A stretch of DNA of 64,000 nucleotides from Myxococcales bacterium (GTDB lineage Bacteria > Myxococcota_A > UBA9160 > UBA4427). Below the pieces are notes generated by a model. That model was given only the letters and a program-made list of their open reading frames with translations, made no database searches and had not been told where the DNA came from. The DNA lies in assembly GCA_022563535.1 (NCBI GenBank), contig JADFNE010000019.1:3386-67385 (forward strand). The letters are read 5' to 3'. Shown here one piece after another: positions 20,343-28,946 of the stretch. The position numbers and the translations under genes are program-made. Within the stretch, counting starts at the first letter, position 1. Each line of letters starts with the position of its first letter.

Positions 20343-21567
20343 CAGCCGGGGACTTGCGAAGCGCTTCAGCGATTGCCCGGAACATGGCGATGTGTAGATC
20401 TTTCGACTCCTGGCGCTCGACCAGGTAGCGACGGTTCGCAGAGTTCTTGACGATCACTACCCGGGCGCCGGGGTTCACGTAGATGTATTGATTGTAGACG
20501 CCGGCCGCCGTGTAGTCCGAATTTCCCGGCCCGGGAATCCACCATTGATAACCGTATCCCCAACTGGAAGACGAGGCGGGGTTTCCCTTGCCGGGCATCA
20601 AATGTGGCCCCCCCGGAGAGGTCGAAGCGCGGACCCAGCGGGCGGGTACGATTTGTCGGCCCCGAAACTTGCCGCCGTTCAAATACAACATGCCGAAGCG
20701 CGCGTAGTCCCGCAGTGAAGCGTTCAGCCCCCCGAGCGCGACCTCCATGCCCGTGCCGTCGAGCATCCAGTAGGCGTCGTGCTCCATTCCGAGTTGGCGC
20801 CAGATTTTTTCCTCCAGGTAGCTCGCAATGCTCACCCCGGTCACCCGGGTGAGCAACATCCCCAGCACCTGGGTATCGATGCTCACGTAGTGGTGGTAGC
20901 TGCCGGGTTCCCGCGCGCGCTCGAGACTCGCGGCAAACTTGGCCATGGATCCGCCAAAAGCGATGGTCCGACCAAAGCGATTGATGTCGGAATCGGGGTC
21001 CGCGTAGTCCTCGTTGAAACCCACTCCAGAAGACATTTGCAGGATATCTTTGATCCGCACTTCGTCGTATCCGCTGCCGACGAGTTCGGGCAGGTAATGC
21101 GTAATGGGCTCGTTGATGCTTATGATCTTGCCCTCTTCGAGCGCGATTGCGATCAGGGCCGAGATGAAGGACTTTGCGACCGACCATGAAATGTGTTGCC
21201 CGTCTTCACGGTGTCCAAGCCAGTATTGCTCGTAGACGATCGTGTCATCTTTCAGCACCAGCATGCCCGTCGAGCGGCTGTATTCGAGATACTCCTCGAG
21301 ATTGCGATCCGCCCCCTCGAAGGAAAACGTTTCTGGAAGCTCGATCTCGGCTCGCCGGAATTCGGAGGTTTCGGCGGGAGCCCGGACCGCGCGCGTCGGA
21401 AACAAGTCCTGCATGTTCAAAAAGTTGTGGACGATGCGGTCTTCGTCGTAGAGATGGTCCAGGCGATATAAATGCAGAAACAGTGGGGCGAAGTACAGAC
21501 CGTAAACCACCAGGATCCAGGCCAAAACGGCACGGATGCTGCCGAAATACGACGTTCTGCTGCTCAC
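20302..21567 (-). CDS. Membrane-anchored serine hydrolase (beta-lactamase / PBP4*-like fold)
   Basis: An SxxK motif (SVAKSF) follows an N-terminal TM helix. The start is set at GTG 21567 (GGGAG upstream) to avoid overlapping the upstream gene. The 3' end overlaps the convergent ACAD gene by 41 nt. Confidence 0.75.
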   Translation of the reverse strand: MSSRTSYFGSIRAVLAWILVVYGLYFAPLFLHLYRLDHLYDEDRIVHNFLNMQDLFPTRAVRAPAETSEFRRAEIELPETFSFEGADRNLEEYLEYSRSTGMLVLKDDTIVYEQYWLGHREDGQHISWSVAKSFISALIAIALEEGKIISINEPITHYLPELVGSGYDEVRIKDILQMSSGVGFNEDYADPDSDINRFGRTIAFGGSMAKFAASLERAREPGSYHHYVSIDTQVLGMLLTRVTGVSIASYLEEKIWRQLGMEHDAYWMLDGTGMEVALGGLNASLRDYARFGMLYLNGGKFRGRQIVPARWVRASTSPGGPHLMPGKGNPASSSSWGYGYQWWIPGPGNSDYTAAGVYNQYIYVNPGARVVIVKNSANRRYLVERQESKDLHIAMFRAIAEALRKSPAARSSSEARDRAAR

Positions 21568-21646
21568 GACGAACTCGCTCCCAATGCGGTTGGGTTGTCC
21601 TTTCGGGACTTCCGGGCAGCAGCGTAGCCCAATGTTTGGCAGCGGT

Positions 21647-22870
21647 TCAGAGCAACGCTGCCAATAGTGTGCTCCACCCAACCACCTGACGCCGAGTCTC
21701 GTCTTCGAAGACAAAGCCCTGCTCGAGCAATTTGCGCTCAATTTCCGGAAGGTGGAGCGCACCCCACGGCACGATGACGTTTTTGTACTGCGGCAATGCA
21801 ATTTGGATTTGGGCCAGCAGGTGACGATTGCGCAGTTCGAGGATGTCGCGCAGGAACACCTCCGCGAGCTCGGGATGCTCGAGAACGTGGCGGTAGAAAT
21901 CTATGAACGCCAACAGGGGTTCGTCGGTGTCCCAAATGCCGGCAGCCAGCGCGAGATACTCCACGGTCTCGGGAGCGAACACGCGAGCGTCGACGTCGGC
22001 ATTGCGAAGCACCGGCCACTCTCCTGCAGCTCCGGTCACGCCGTCTGGAAACAGGTAGAAGCCGATCGGCTGCTGGGTCTGTAGCCCCAGGTTTCGAGCC
22101 AGGCGTTCGTAGGTGAGCGCACCCTCGAGTACGGCGCCCTCATCCGACACGCCTTCTTCCAACACGATCGTATTTTCACTCACAAAACTCGCGGTGAGCG
22201 CCCGATAGGACTCGTCTTCCCCCACGTGCATCATGCCCACGAGGCGCACCTCGTTTTCTCCCTGGGCGTATCGACGATCGGCCAATTGAATTCCGGAGAG
22301 GTTGACCTGCACGAAACTCTCGGTTCCCACCTCCAGCCATGTCGCGAACGAAACCACGACATAGCCGACCAGGAGCGGAACCATGACGAACAGCATCGCG
22401 GCAAAAAAGCGCAGGCTATGGCCGAGCGCAATTTGCGGACCGCCCCGGGTCGAGTCGGTCAGCAGCCAATTCTCCCCCCGATTCAAGTGACGGATTCGAA
22501 GCAGCGTCGCGGCGGCGAGTCCCAGCTGAATGGCTCCGAGCGCGGCGGGCAGTTCCCACTCGAGATCGAGCGCCAAAGCTAGTGGCGCGCCCCCACTCGC
22601 CAACCACAAGACGCTTGCGCAGAGGGTCAGCAACATTCCCATCGGAAGTCGCGCGCAGATTGCCAGTATGGGCACGCACAAAATGGCCCCCAACAAGACC
22701 AGTACAGCGACGTATCGCTGCAACGCGATTAGCGGAGGGAGTTCAATGAACAAATCGCTCGCGAGGCTGACCAAGCTGAGCACGGCATCTGCGCCGTAGG
22801 CGACAATGAACGCATTTGCGAACCAAATGGGTGGTGAGGGCGAGGATGCAGTGGATTCGGAGAGAGCCAT
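21647..22870 (-). CDS. Polytopic membrane protein with a C-terminal TraB/GumN (Tiki-like) domain
   Basis: The first ~180 aa form about 6 hydrophobic helices. These are followed by VRLVGMMHVGEDESY and VIVPWGALHLPEIERKLLEQGFVF, which are the two GxxH motifs of the TraB/GumN/Tiki family. Confidence 0.6.
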   Translation of the reverse strand: MALSESTASSPSPPIWFANAFIVAYGADAVLSLVSLASDLFIELPPLIALQRYVAVLVLLGAILCVPILAICARLPMGMLLTLCASVLWLASGGAPLALALDLEWELPAALGAIQLGLAAATLLRIRHLNRGENWLLTDSTRGGPQIALGHSLRFFAAMLFVMVPLLVGYVVVSFATWLEVGTESFVQVNLSGIQLADRRYAQGENEVRLVGMMHVGEDESYRALTASFVSENTIVLEEGVSDEGAVLEGALTYERLARNLGLQTQQPIGFYLFPDGVTGAAGEWPVLRNADVDARVFAPETVEYLALAAGIWDTDEPLLAFIDFYRHVLEHPELAEVFLRDILELRNRHLLAQIQIALPQYKNVIVPWGALHLPEIERKLLEQGFVFEDETRRQVVGWSTLLAALL

Positions 22871-22975
22871 GAGCGCTTCAGATCTTCGAACTTTGCGCGC
22901 TCTCGCGCAACCCCCCGACGTAGATCCGCGGACTGGGGCGCAGCGGCATCCCTAGCGACAAAACGAGTCTGCGTT

Positions 22976-25900
22976 CTACATCCAGTCGTTGACCAGGGTG
23001 AAGGGTGCCCAGTAGAAGGGATGTGAATAGCGTTCGCTTTCGCGCAGGGTTGTCTGAGCCTTCTTCAGAGCTTCCGCCTTGTTGAGCTCGGGCTCCTGCA
23101 GGCCGCGGTAGAAGGCGATCATCAGTTCCCGTGCCGCGGTGTCCGAGATCGACCAGAGGCTCCCCAGTGCACTGCGTGCGCCGGCACGAATCGCACTCCC
23201 GGTGAAGCCAAGCCCCGCCCGATCGTTGCCCACTGCCGTCTCGCAGGCACTCAGGACCAACAGATCCAGCGGCGCGCCATCGGCCTGGGTCATGCCAACT
23301 ACGTCGGAGAGATCGTCGAATCCGACGCGTCCCCCGTAGGTGAGCAAGAAACTCGTATCGGGATTGCCGGTGAATACAGCGTGAGTCGCAAGGTGGACAA
23401 TGCCGGGTACTTCCTGCTCGACCGCTTCTCGGATCTTGGCCAGGGTGAAGGATTCGTTCAGCAGCAGCTCGCCGCCTTCAATGGCTTGAATCTGAGCCAA
23501 CTCCTCCGTGACCGCAGCCAACTCGCTAAAGCCCTGCACACTCTCGCTCACTCCGGCCAGCACTGGGCGTCCACGTTCCGAAGCGAATTCGGGAGGCGTC
23601 AGCAACCGCAAGCTAAGTGCCGTGGCCGTCGCAAAGCGATCCCCTACGTAATAACCGTCTTCGTCACTCAGGGCGGCGAAGGGCAGGGTGCGCAGGCGCC
23701 CGTCGGGTACGAACACGAGGGTTTCGATTCCCTCCTCGTCCATCCGCTCGGCGTACGGAGCGACCAGCCACTTGTAGAGCAACTTGCCAATTGCGCGGTG
23801 CTCGGTGGTCAGCGGATTCTGTACCGCTCGGCGGAATTGATCCACGGTCTTGATCAGGCGCGTTGCCGCGACTTTGGTCGTAAAGCGCTCGATCCCCCCC
23901 GGGAGACCCACCAGCAGTTCGATGCGATCGGGCAAGGTGACGGTGTAGACCACTGCAACCTCGTCGCCCAAATTGTCGATGCCGCGACCACTTCCGCCGA
24001 CACTCGCGATGCACTCATCTTCAAAGTAGTCGCGCAGTTCGGCGCCCTTGAGCTTTTCGAGGGTGTCCCGAGCTTCTGCAATCAAGAGATCGGCAGTGTG
24101 CTGGCTCTTGACCATGCTCGCGGTGCGCAGCAACAAGTCGACGGTGTCCTGGTAGACACCTCCCACGGTCATGCGGAACGAGGCGTCGGTCGTGCCGTAG
24201 CCCTCCGATGCCACGGGTTTGGTCTCTTCGAGAATCGCGACCGCCCGTCGGTGCGCCGCCAGCGCGGGCCCGACCTGATGCTCTGACCAGAGGATCTGCC
24301 CTTCCTGCCAATGTGCGCGGTACAGCAGCTCGGGGGCATTGATGCCTTCCGCAGCGCGGCGCGCCAGACGGGTCAAGTACAACGCTTCGCTGTGGTGCTG
24401 CTCTTCGCGATAGAGAGCGCCGAGATTCAAATTCGCCAGCGCCACACTGCGCAGATCCCCGAGTTCCTCGGCTCCCTTGAGCGCCGCATCATAGGCTCCG
24501 TAGGCGCTCAACAGCGATTCCGCTCGCGCCTTTGGCGACACCGCGGCCAGTTGAGCGAAGCTGCGGCCCATGTGAATGTTGAGCGGCACGCGCTCTCGGG
24601 TCTCGCGCAAGTCTTGGGTCAGGGACATGGCCTTGTCGAGCAGCCTGCGCGAATCCGCCAGGTGACCGCTGTCTGCGGCGGCTCGGGCGGCTCCGGCGAG
24701 GGCCCGGGCTTCGTCACCCTTGCGGCCAAGCTTGCGTGCGAGCTTGGCCGAGCGCTCGAAGGCCCAGAGTGCACTCGTAAAGTCGCGGGTAGCGGCATGG
24801 CGATTGCCGAGATTGTTCAAGACCGCTGGCGCAGGGGCATTGTTGTCCGAGGCGATCACGATGTTGAGGCCGCGGGTCAATTCCTCTTCGGCCCGGACCA
24901 GTTCCCCGGTGCCGATCAACGCATTGCCGAGACTCGTACGGATTGCAGCAGTGTGTTGTTCATCGCCGAGGGGTTCAGCCAGGGCGAGCGCGCGCTCGAG
25001 ACTGCGACGCGCGCCCATGAAACGACCGTCATTCTGCTGAAGCTGAGCGTACGCGAGGAGCGCTTCACTGGCGCCCCGGGCATCCATTGCCGCTTCGAGT
25101 TCATTCACGACCAATTCAAATCCGGCAGCGGCTTCTTCGAAGCGGCCACCTCGCACCGCCACGGCCGCCGTCGCCAATGCGCGCTGGGTTCGGATGTTGC
25201 GCTCGAGTTCTTCGACGTTCGCAACCGATGGCCCAATCGCTCCAACGGGAGGAAGATCGGGACTCTGGGCCGCGGCGAGCAGTTGATCGCCTGTGGTGTC
25301 GAAGGCGATCAACCAATCTTCAGGAGATGCCGGCAAGCGCCTGCTGGTGCTGGCCAGGAACTGGCTCTTGCGGTCCCTGCCGGCGATCGATTCGCAGGTG
25401 CGGGGAACGATCGGCGCGGCCTCGGCGCTATTGGTGAAGAGGGAGACGCCGGGGACCTTTGAAGTCTTCTTCTTTTGAGCGTGTGCCTGGCTGCTGGCGG
25501 ATGCGGCGGCGATCTGCTGCTCGGCTTCTTCAATGGCCGGATCTCCGGGGGGGCCGGAACCTACCGGGGGCAGGCTCGAAGCTGTGAGTTCGGTTTCGAA
25601 GGGCTCGAGATCGGTGAAGCCAACTGGGTCGTCGCTGTTGGTGAAGATTTGCTCGAGGGTGTTGACGATTTCTGTAATTGTATTGTCGGTGGAGTCGTCT
25701 TCAGGAGGGGGCTCCGTACCGAGTCGAACGACTTCGAACGTGCCATCCAATTCGGGTGAAATACCCGATACGTCAGTTTGTAGGGTGGTGAGATCTGAAA
25801 ACTGGGCCGAGGTGAGAGTGATGTCGCCTGCGTGGGCGCCATCCACTGCGCCGGTGGAGATAGAGGCGTCCGTAACGTCCAACTGCTGCTCGGCAAAGAT

Positions 25901-28891
25901 ATCGACACTTCCGGCAATCCCGGTCTCACCCAAGCTCCCAAAGTCGATCAAGGCTCCACTCAGATCTACGAAATCCCCAGAAACAGAGAGACCGCCGGGT
26001 TTCTCAGTCGAGCCCGAGCTGCCGAAAATCGTGATGTTGGGGAGGGCGATTTCGGGAGCTTCAATCACGACGCCAGCGGTGGTTGGACCGTCAGCCGAGA
26101 TCGTAACGCTGTCGCCCGAGATCGAGATGCCTGCTTTGATCGACACAGACCCCGCCGTACCAGAGAATGAACCCGTATCGATAATAATGATGGAATTGGT
26201 TTGACCGAGACTGATCGTATCCGTCGCCTGGATATTTACGGCACCGCCAGTATCGGCAAAGAACGAGGCGGTAGAGATGTCAATGTCAAGCAGAACATCG
26301 GTCCCGAGGATCTCAACGTCGCCCACCCGAGTGGGTCCCTCGGCTGCGGCAGCTACGAAAAACTGTTCTTCGGGAAAATCGGGAATCGTGAGAATTTCCC
26401 CCGTGAAGATAGAGCCACCGCTCAAGTGGACGGTGCCGCCTCGAAACGAGACGTCACCACTGCTGTCAGACGGTCTACTGGTGGCAAGATTTCCGTTGAA
26501 CGTCAAGTTGCCAGACGCGTTGATCTGATTCCCAGACAGATCGGTTGTTACCAATGACAGCCCTGAAGTTTCAGGCCCCTGCGGGTCGAGATCGCTGGCG
26601 TCTATGACGCGACCGGGACCTCCCAACGCGATTGCGTGAAAGCCGCGGCCCTGGGTACTGATGTCGAGTGGCGCATCGAAACCGAAAGTCAGCTCGCTGG
26701 CAACGAAGACGAACACGCCGCCGAGAAAATCAGAATCGATGGGGGCCACATCGAAGCCATCGACCACGATCGACGAAAGATTGCCGTTGCGAATTTGCAC
26801 GGCTCCCACACTGACGTCCGTCAACAGGGGTGCCTCGATCGGCGCCGTCATGTCCATCAACGTAACGGAGCTGTCGAAATCGCTGAACAGTTCCAGCCGA
26901 TCCGCGGTGCTGACAATGAAGCCCTGCTTTGTGTCAATCGCGAAGTCCGGCCCGAAGAAAACTCCGTTTGAGTTTAGGAAGAACAGATCCGCGGAATCGT
27001 AGGCGCTTACAATGCTCCCATCGATTTGAGACGGCCTCGAACCTGTGATTCGCGTAATCACGCTGTCGACTTCAACGAGACTCGTCGCATTGTCGGTATA
27101 GAGTGCAGTCTCTCCAACATTCAGATCGAACTCGGAAAAGCTGTGCAACACCAGAGAGTCGTCATCTCTTTTGATGCCGTCGTCGCCGTGAATCGTGTAA
27201 GTGTTTTCAGCGTCGAGCACAAGCAGACCGGGAGTCTGGCCGGGAGTGGAATCGCGGATAATATTGCTGCCATCGAGAGTAGTTTCGACGTACGAGCCAG
27301 CGGTCCCGGATTCCGACGATACGTCGTAGATAGGGTCGGCCTCGCCATCGAAAGTCAAATCCCGGGTAACGAATTGAACCGTACCGCCATCGCTGTTATC
27401 GCCAAGCGCGGCCACTGAGCCCGTTGCGTCACTTGCGATGATCTGCTCGCTTCCGTACACGTAAATCGAACCACTAGCTTGATCGCTTCCGGACGTCGTG
27501 AGGTCGACATTAGACCCGCTAATGTCCACAACGCGCCCCTCGATCGAGACAGCCACGGGTGTACCGCTGGCGGACTTTCCATCGATCTTCGAGCCCCTGA
27601 AACTGATCGCATCCCCAGCCACCTGGATCGTGTTGGGTTCTGTGCCAGACAGCGCCGAACCGGTAAGGATCGTAATGCCGTCGGCCATGACAGATTTGGC
27701 GCCGAAGAATCCTATCGAACCCGATTGGTCGCCCGTTCTCGAACCGATGGTATTAAATGTCTGCCCACTCCCGATCGTGAGCGTGTCCTCCGCAACGACA
27801 AGGATGTCGCCCGCGCTGGCACCAAGGCTAACGGTCACAATGCTCGAATCGAGCAGGATGTCATTACCCAAAATCCGCACGTCGCCCGCGTCGTCGAAAA
27901 CCAAACCCCCGGTCGTGATGAATCCCTGGGTCGTGACAGTGCCGCCCTGAAGCAGGATGTCACCATTGCCACGGCCTCCATCCGACTGGGGATCGGTAAT
28001 CGTGCTCAGGCTGCCGGAATAGAAAACGTCTCCTTCTGTAGCGATTGCTACCCCGAGCAAAGAAGTCGTTCTTACCGAATCAATCGAGGCTGAGTTGGGG
28101 CCAGCTGCACCGGCAAAGCCCTCGACCCTACCATCGCGACCCAAACCCACGGCGATAAAACTCCGGCCATTGGTGTCGATGCTGAATCCCTCAACTGTCA
28201 ACGGATCTCCGAAGCTCACATCGCCGGCGACAAAGCTCAGTTCGGCGGCCTCTGTTCCCAGGAAACTGTCCGTTACATTGAAACCATCAACGACGATATC
28301 TCCCAGACCCGTCGGCCCGGCACCCAGAAAACCCCAGGCGTGTGGAACGGCCATGGTCAGATCCGGTACAAGCAATGGCGCTCCGGTATCGATTGTGGTT
28401 ATTGAACCGTCGAGGGTGCTGCGCATCTCGAGAAAGTCAGCCGTGCTGACGTGGAAGCCCTGCTTTACGTCGAGGGAGAAACCCGAACCGAAGAAGACGC
28501 CGTTGGGATTGACGAAGAGTAGATCGGCGTTGGGATAATCACTCTCGATCGTGCCGTCGAGTTGCGAAGAGTTGCTACCGGTAATTCGAGTGAGCACGGT
28601 CAGTGCGGCCTCGAGGCCAGCTTCGTTACTGTCCATGTAGCGAGCGGTCTCAGTGGATTTCAAACCCATCTCGCTCAGGCTGTGTACGATCAGGCTCCCG
28701 TCTGTGCTGCGGATGCCGTCTTCACCGTCGATCAAGAACACGCCTTCGATGGACTCGATGTTCCCCGCCTCTTGTCCTTCGGTGTCGTCCCGGACGATCT
28801 GAGCAGACGCGCTGGATGCAGCAAACAATCCCAACACGATGAATGACAGTACGGCTCGCCCGAGCGAGCCCGATCCATATTTGTTTAACAT
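22976..28891 (-). CDS. TpsA-type exoprotein: signal peptide, two TPS/beta-helix modules, linker, TPR repeats and a C-terminal CHAT (caspase-fold) domain
   Basis: 1971 aa. TPS motifs occur twice: LTRITGSNSSQLDGT...LLFVNPNGVFFG (aa ~95-135) and ITRITGSRPSQIDGS...LFFLNSNGVFFG (aa ~610-647). G/D/S/T-rich beta-helix repeats follow each. TPR-like helices span aa ~1230-1560. The CHAT His (IVHLATHAVF) and Cys (LLVLSACETAVG) are present. Confidence 0.9.
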   Translation of the reverse strand: MLNKYGSGSLGRAVLSFIVLGLFAASSASAQIVRDDTEGQEAGNIESIEGVFLIDGEDGIRSTDGSLIVHSLSEMGLKSTETARYMDSNEAGLEAALTVLTRITGSNSSQLDGTIESDYPNADLLFVNPNGVFFGSGFSLDVKQGFHVSTADFLEMRSTLDGSITTIDTGAPLLVPDLTMAVPHAWGFLGAGPTGLGDIVVDGFNVTDSFLGTEAAELSFVAGDVSFGDPLTVEGFSIDTNGRSFIAVGLGRDGRVEGFAGAAGPNSASIDSVRTTSLLGVAIATEGDVFYSGSLSTITDPQSDGGRGNGDILLQGGTVTTQGFITTGGLVFDDAGDVRILGNDILLDSSIVTVSLGASAGDILVVAEDTLTIGSGQTFNTIGSRTGDQSGSIGFFGAKSVMADGITILTGSALSGTEPNTIQVAGDAISFRGSKIDGKSASGTPVAVSIEGRVVDISGSNVDLTTSGSDQASGSIYVYGSEQIIASDATGSVAALGDNSDGGTVQFVTRDLTFDGEADPIYDVSSESGTAGSYVETTLDGSNIIRDSTPGQTPGLLVLDAENTYTIHGDDGIKRDDDSLVLHSFSEFDLNVGETALYTDNATSLVEVDSVITRITGSRPSQIDGSIVSAYDSADLFFLNSNGVFFGPDFAIDTKQGFIVSTADRLELFSDFDSSVTLMDMTAPIEAPLLTDVSVGAVQIRNGNLSSIVVDGFDVAPIDSDFLGGVFVFVASELTFGFDAPLDISTQGRGFHAIALGGPGRVIDASDLDPQGPETSGLSLVTTDLSGNQINASGNLTFNGNLATSRPSDSSGDVSFRGGTVHLSGGSIFTGEILTIPDFPEEQFFVAAAAEGPTRVGDVEILGTDVLLDIDISTASFFADTGGAVNIQATDTISLGQTNSIIIIDTGSFSGTAGSVSIKAGISISGDSVTISADGPTTAGVVIEAPEIALPNITIFGSSGSTEKPGGLSVSGDFVDLSGALIDFGSLGETGIAGSVDIFAEQQLDVTDASISTGAVDGAHAGDITLTSAQFSDLTTLQTDVSGISPELDGTFEVVRLGTEPPPEDDSTDNTITEIVNTLEQIFTNSDDPVGFTDLEPFETELTASSLPPVGSGPPGDPAIEEAEQQIAAASASSQAHAQKKKTSKVPGVSLFTNSAEAAPIVPRTCESIAGRDRKSQFLASTSRRLPASPEDWLIAFDTTGDQLLAAAQSPDLPPVGAIGPSVANVEELERNIRTQRALATAAVAVRGGRFEEAAAGFELVVNELEAAMDARGASEALLAYAQLQQNDGRFMGARRSLERALALAEPLGDEQHTAAIRTSLGNALIGTGELVRAEEELTRGLNIVIASDNNAPAPAVLNNLGNRHAATRDFTSALWAFERSAKLARKLGRKGDEARALAGAARAAADSGHLADSRRLLDKAMSLTQDLRETRERVPLNIHMGRSFAQLAAVSPKARAESLLSAYGAYDAALKGAEELGDLRSVALANLNLGALYREEQHHSEALYLTRLARRAAEGINAPELLYRAHWQEGQILWSEHQVGPALAAHRRAVAILEETKPVASEGYGTTDASFRMTVGGVYQDTVDLLLRTASMVKSQHTADLLIAEARDTLEKLKGAELRDYFEDECIASVGGSGRGIDNLGDEVAVVYTVTLPDRIELLVGLPGGIERFTTKVAATRLIKTVDQFRRAVQNPLTTEHRAIGKLLYKWLVAPYAERMDEEGIETLVFVPDGRLRTLPFAALSDEDGYYVGDRFATATALSLRLLTPPEFASERGRPVLAGVSESVQGFSELAAVTEELAQIQAIEGGELLLNESFTLAKIREAVEQEVPGIVHLATHAVFTGNPDTSFLLTYGGRVGFDDLSDVVGMTQADGAPLDLLVLSACETAVGNDRAGLGFTGSAIRAGARSALGSLWSISDTAARELMIAFYRGLQEPELNKAEALKKAQTTLRESERYSHPFYWAPFTLVNDWM

Positions 28892-28946
28892 TTCACCACT
28901 CCAGGTTCTCTTGTATCACCGGCGCACTTCAAAAAGCAAGTGCAAC

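Noticed and set aside
23381-25462. Two plus-strand ORFs of 301 and 383 aa inside the CHAT/TPR region
   Set aside because: They are antisense to the giant TpsA-CHAT ORF. The minus frame is continuous for 5.9 kb and has domain motifs throughout.
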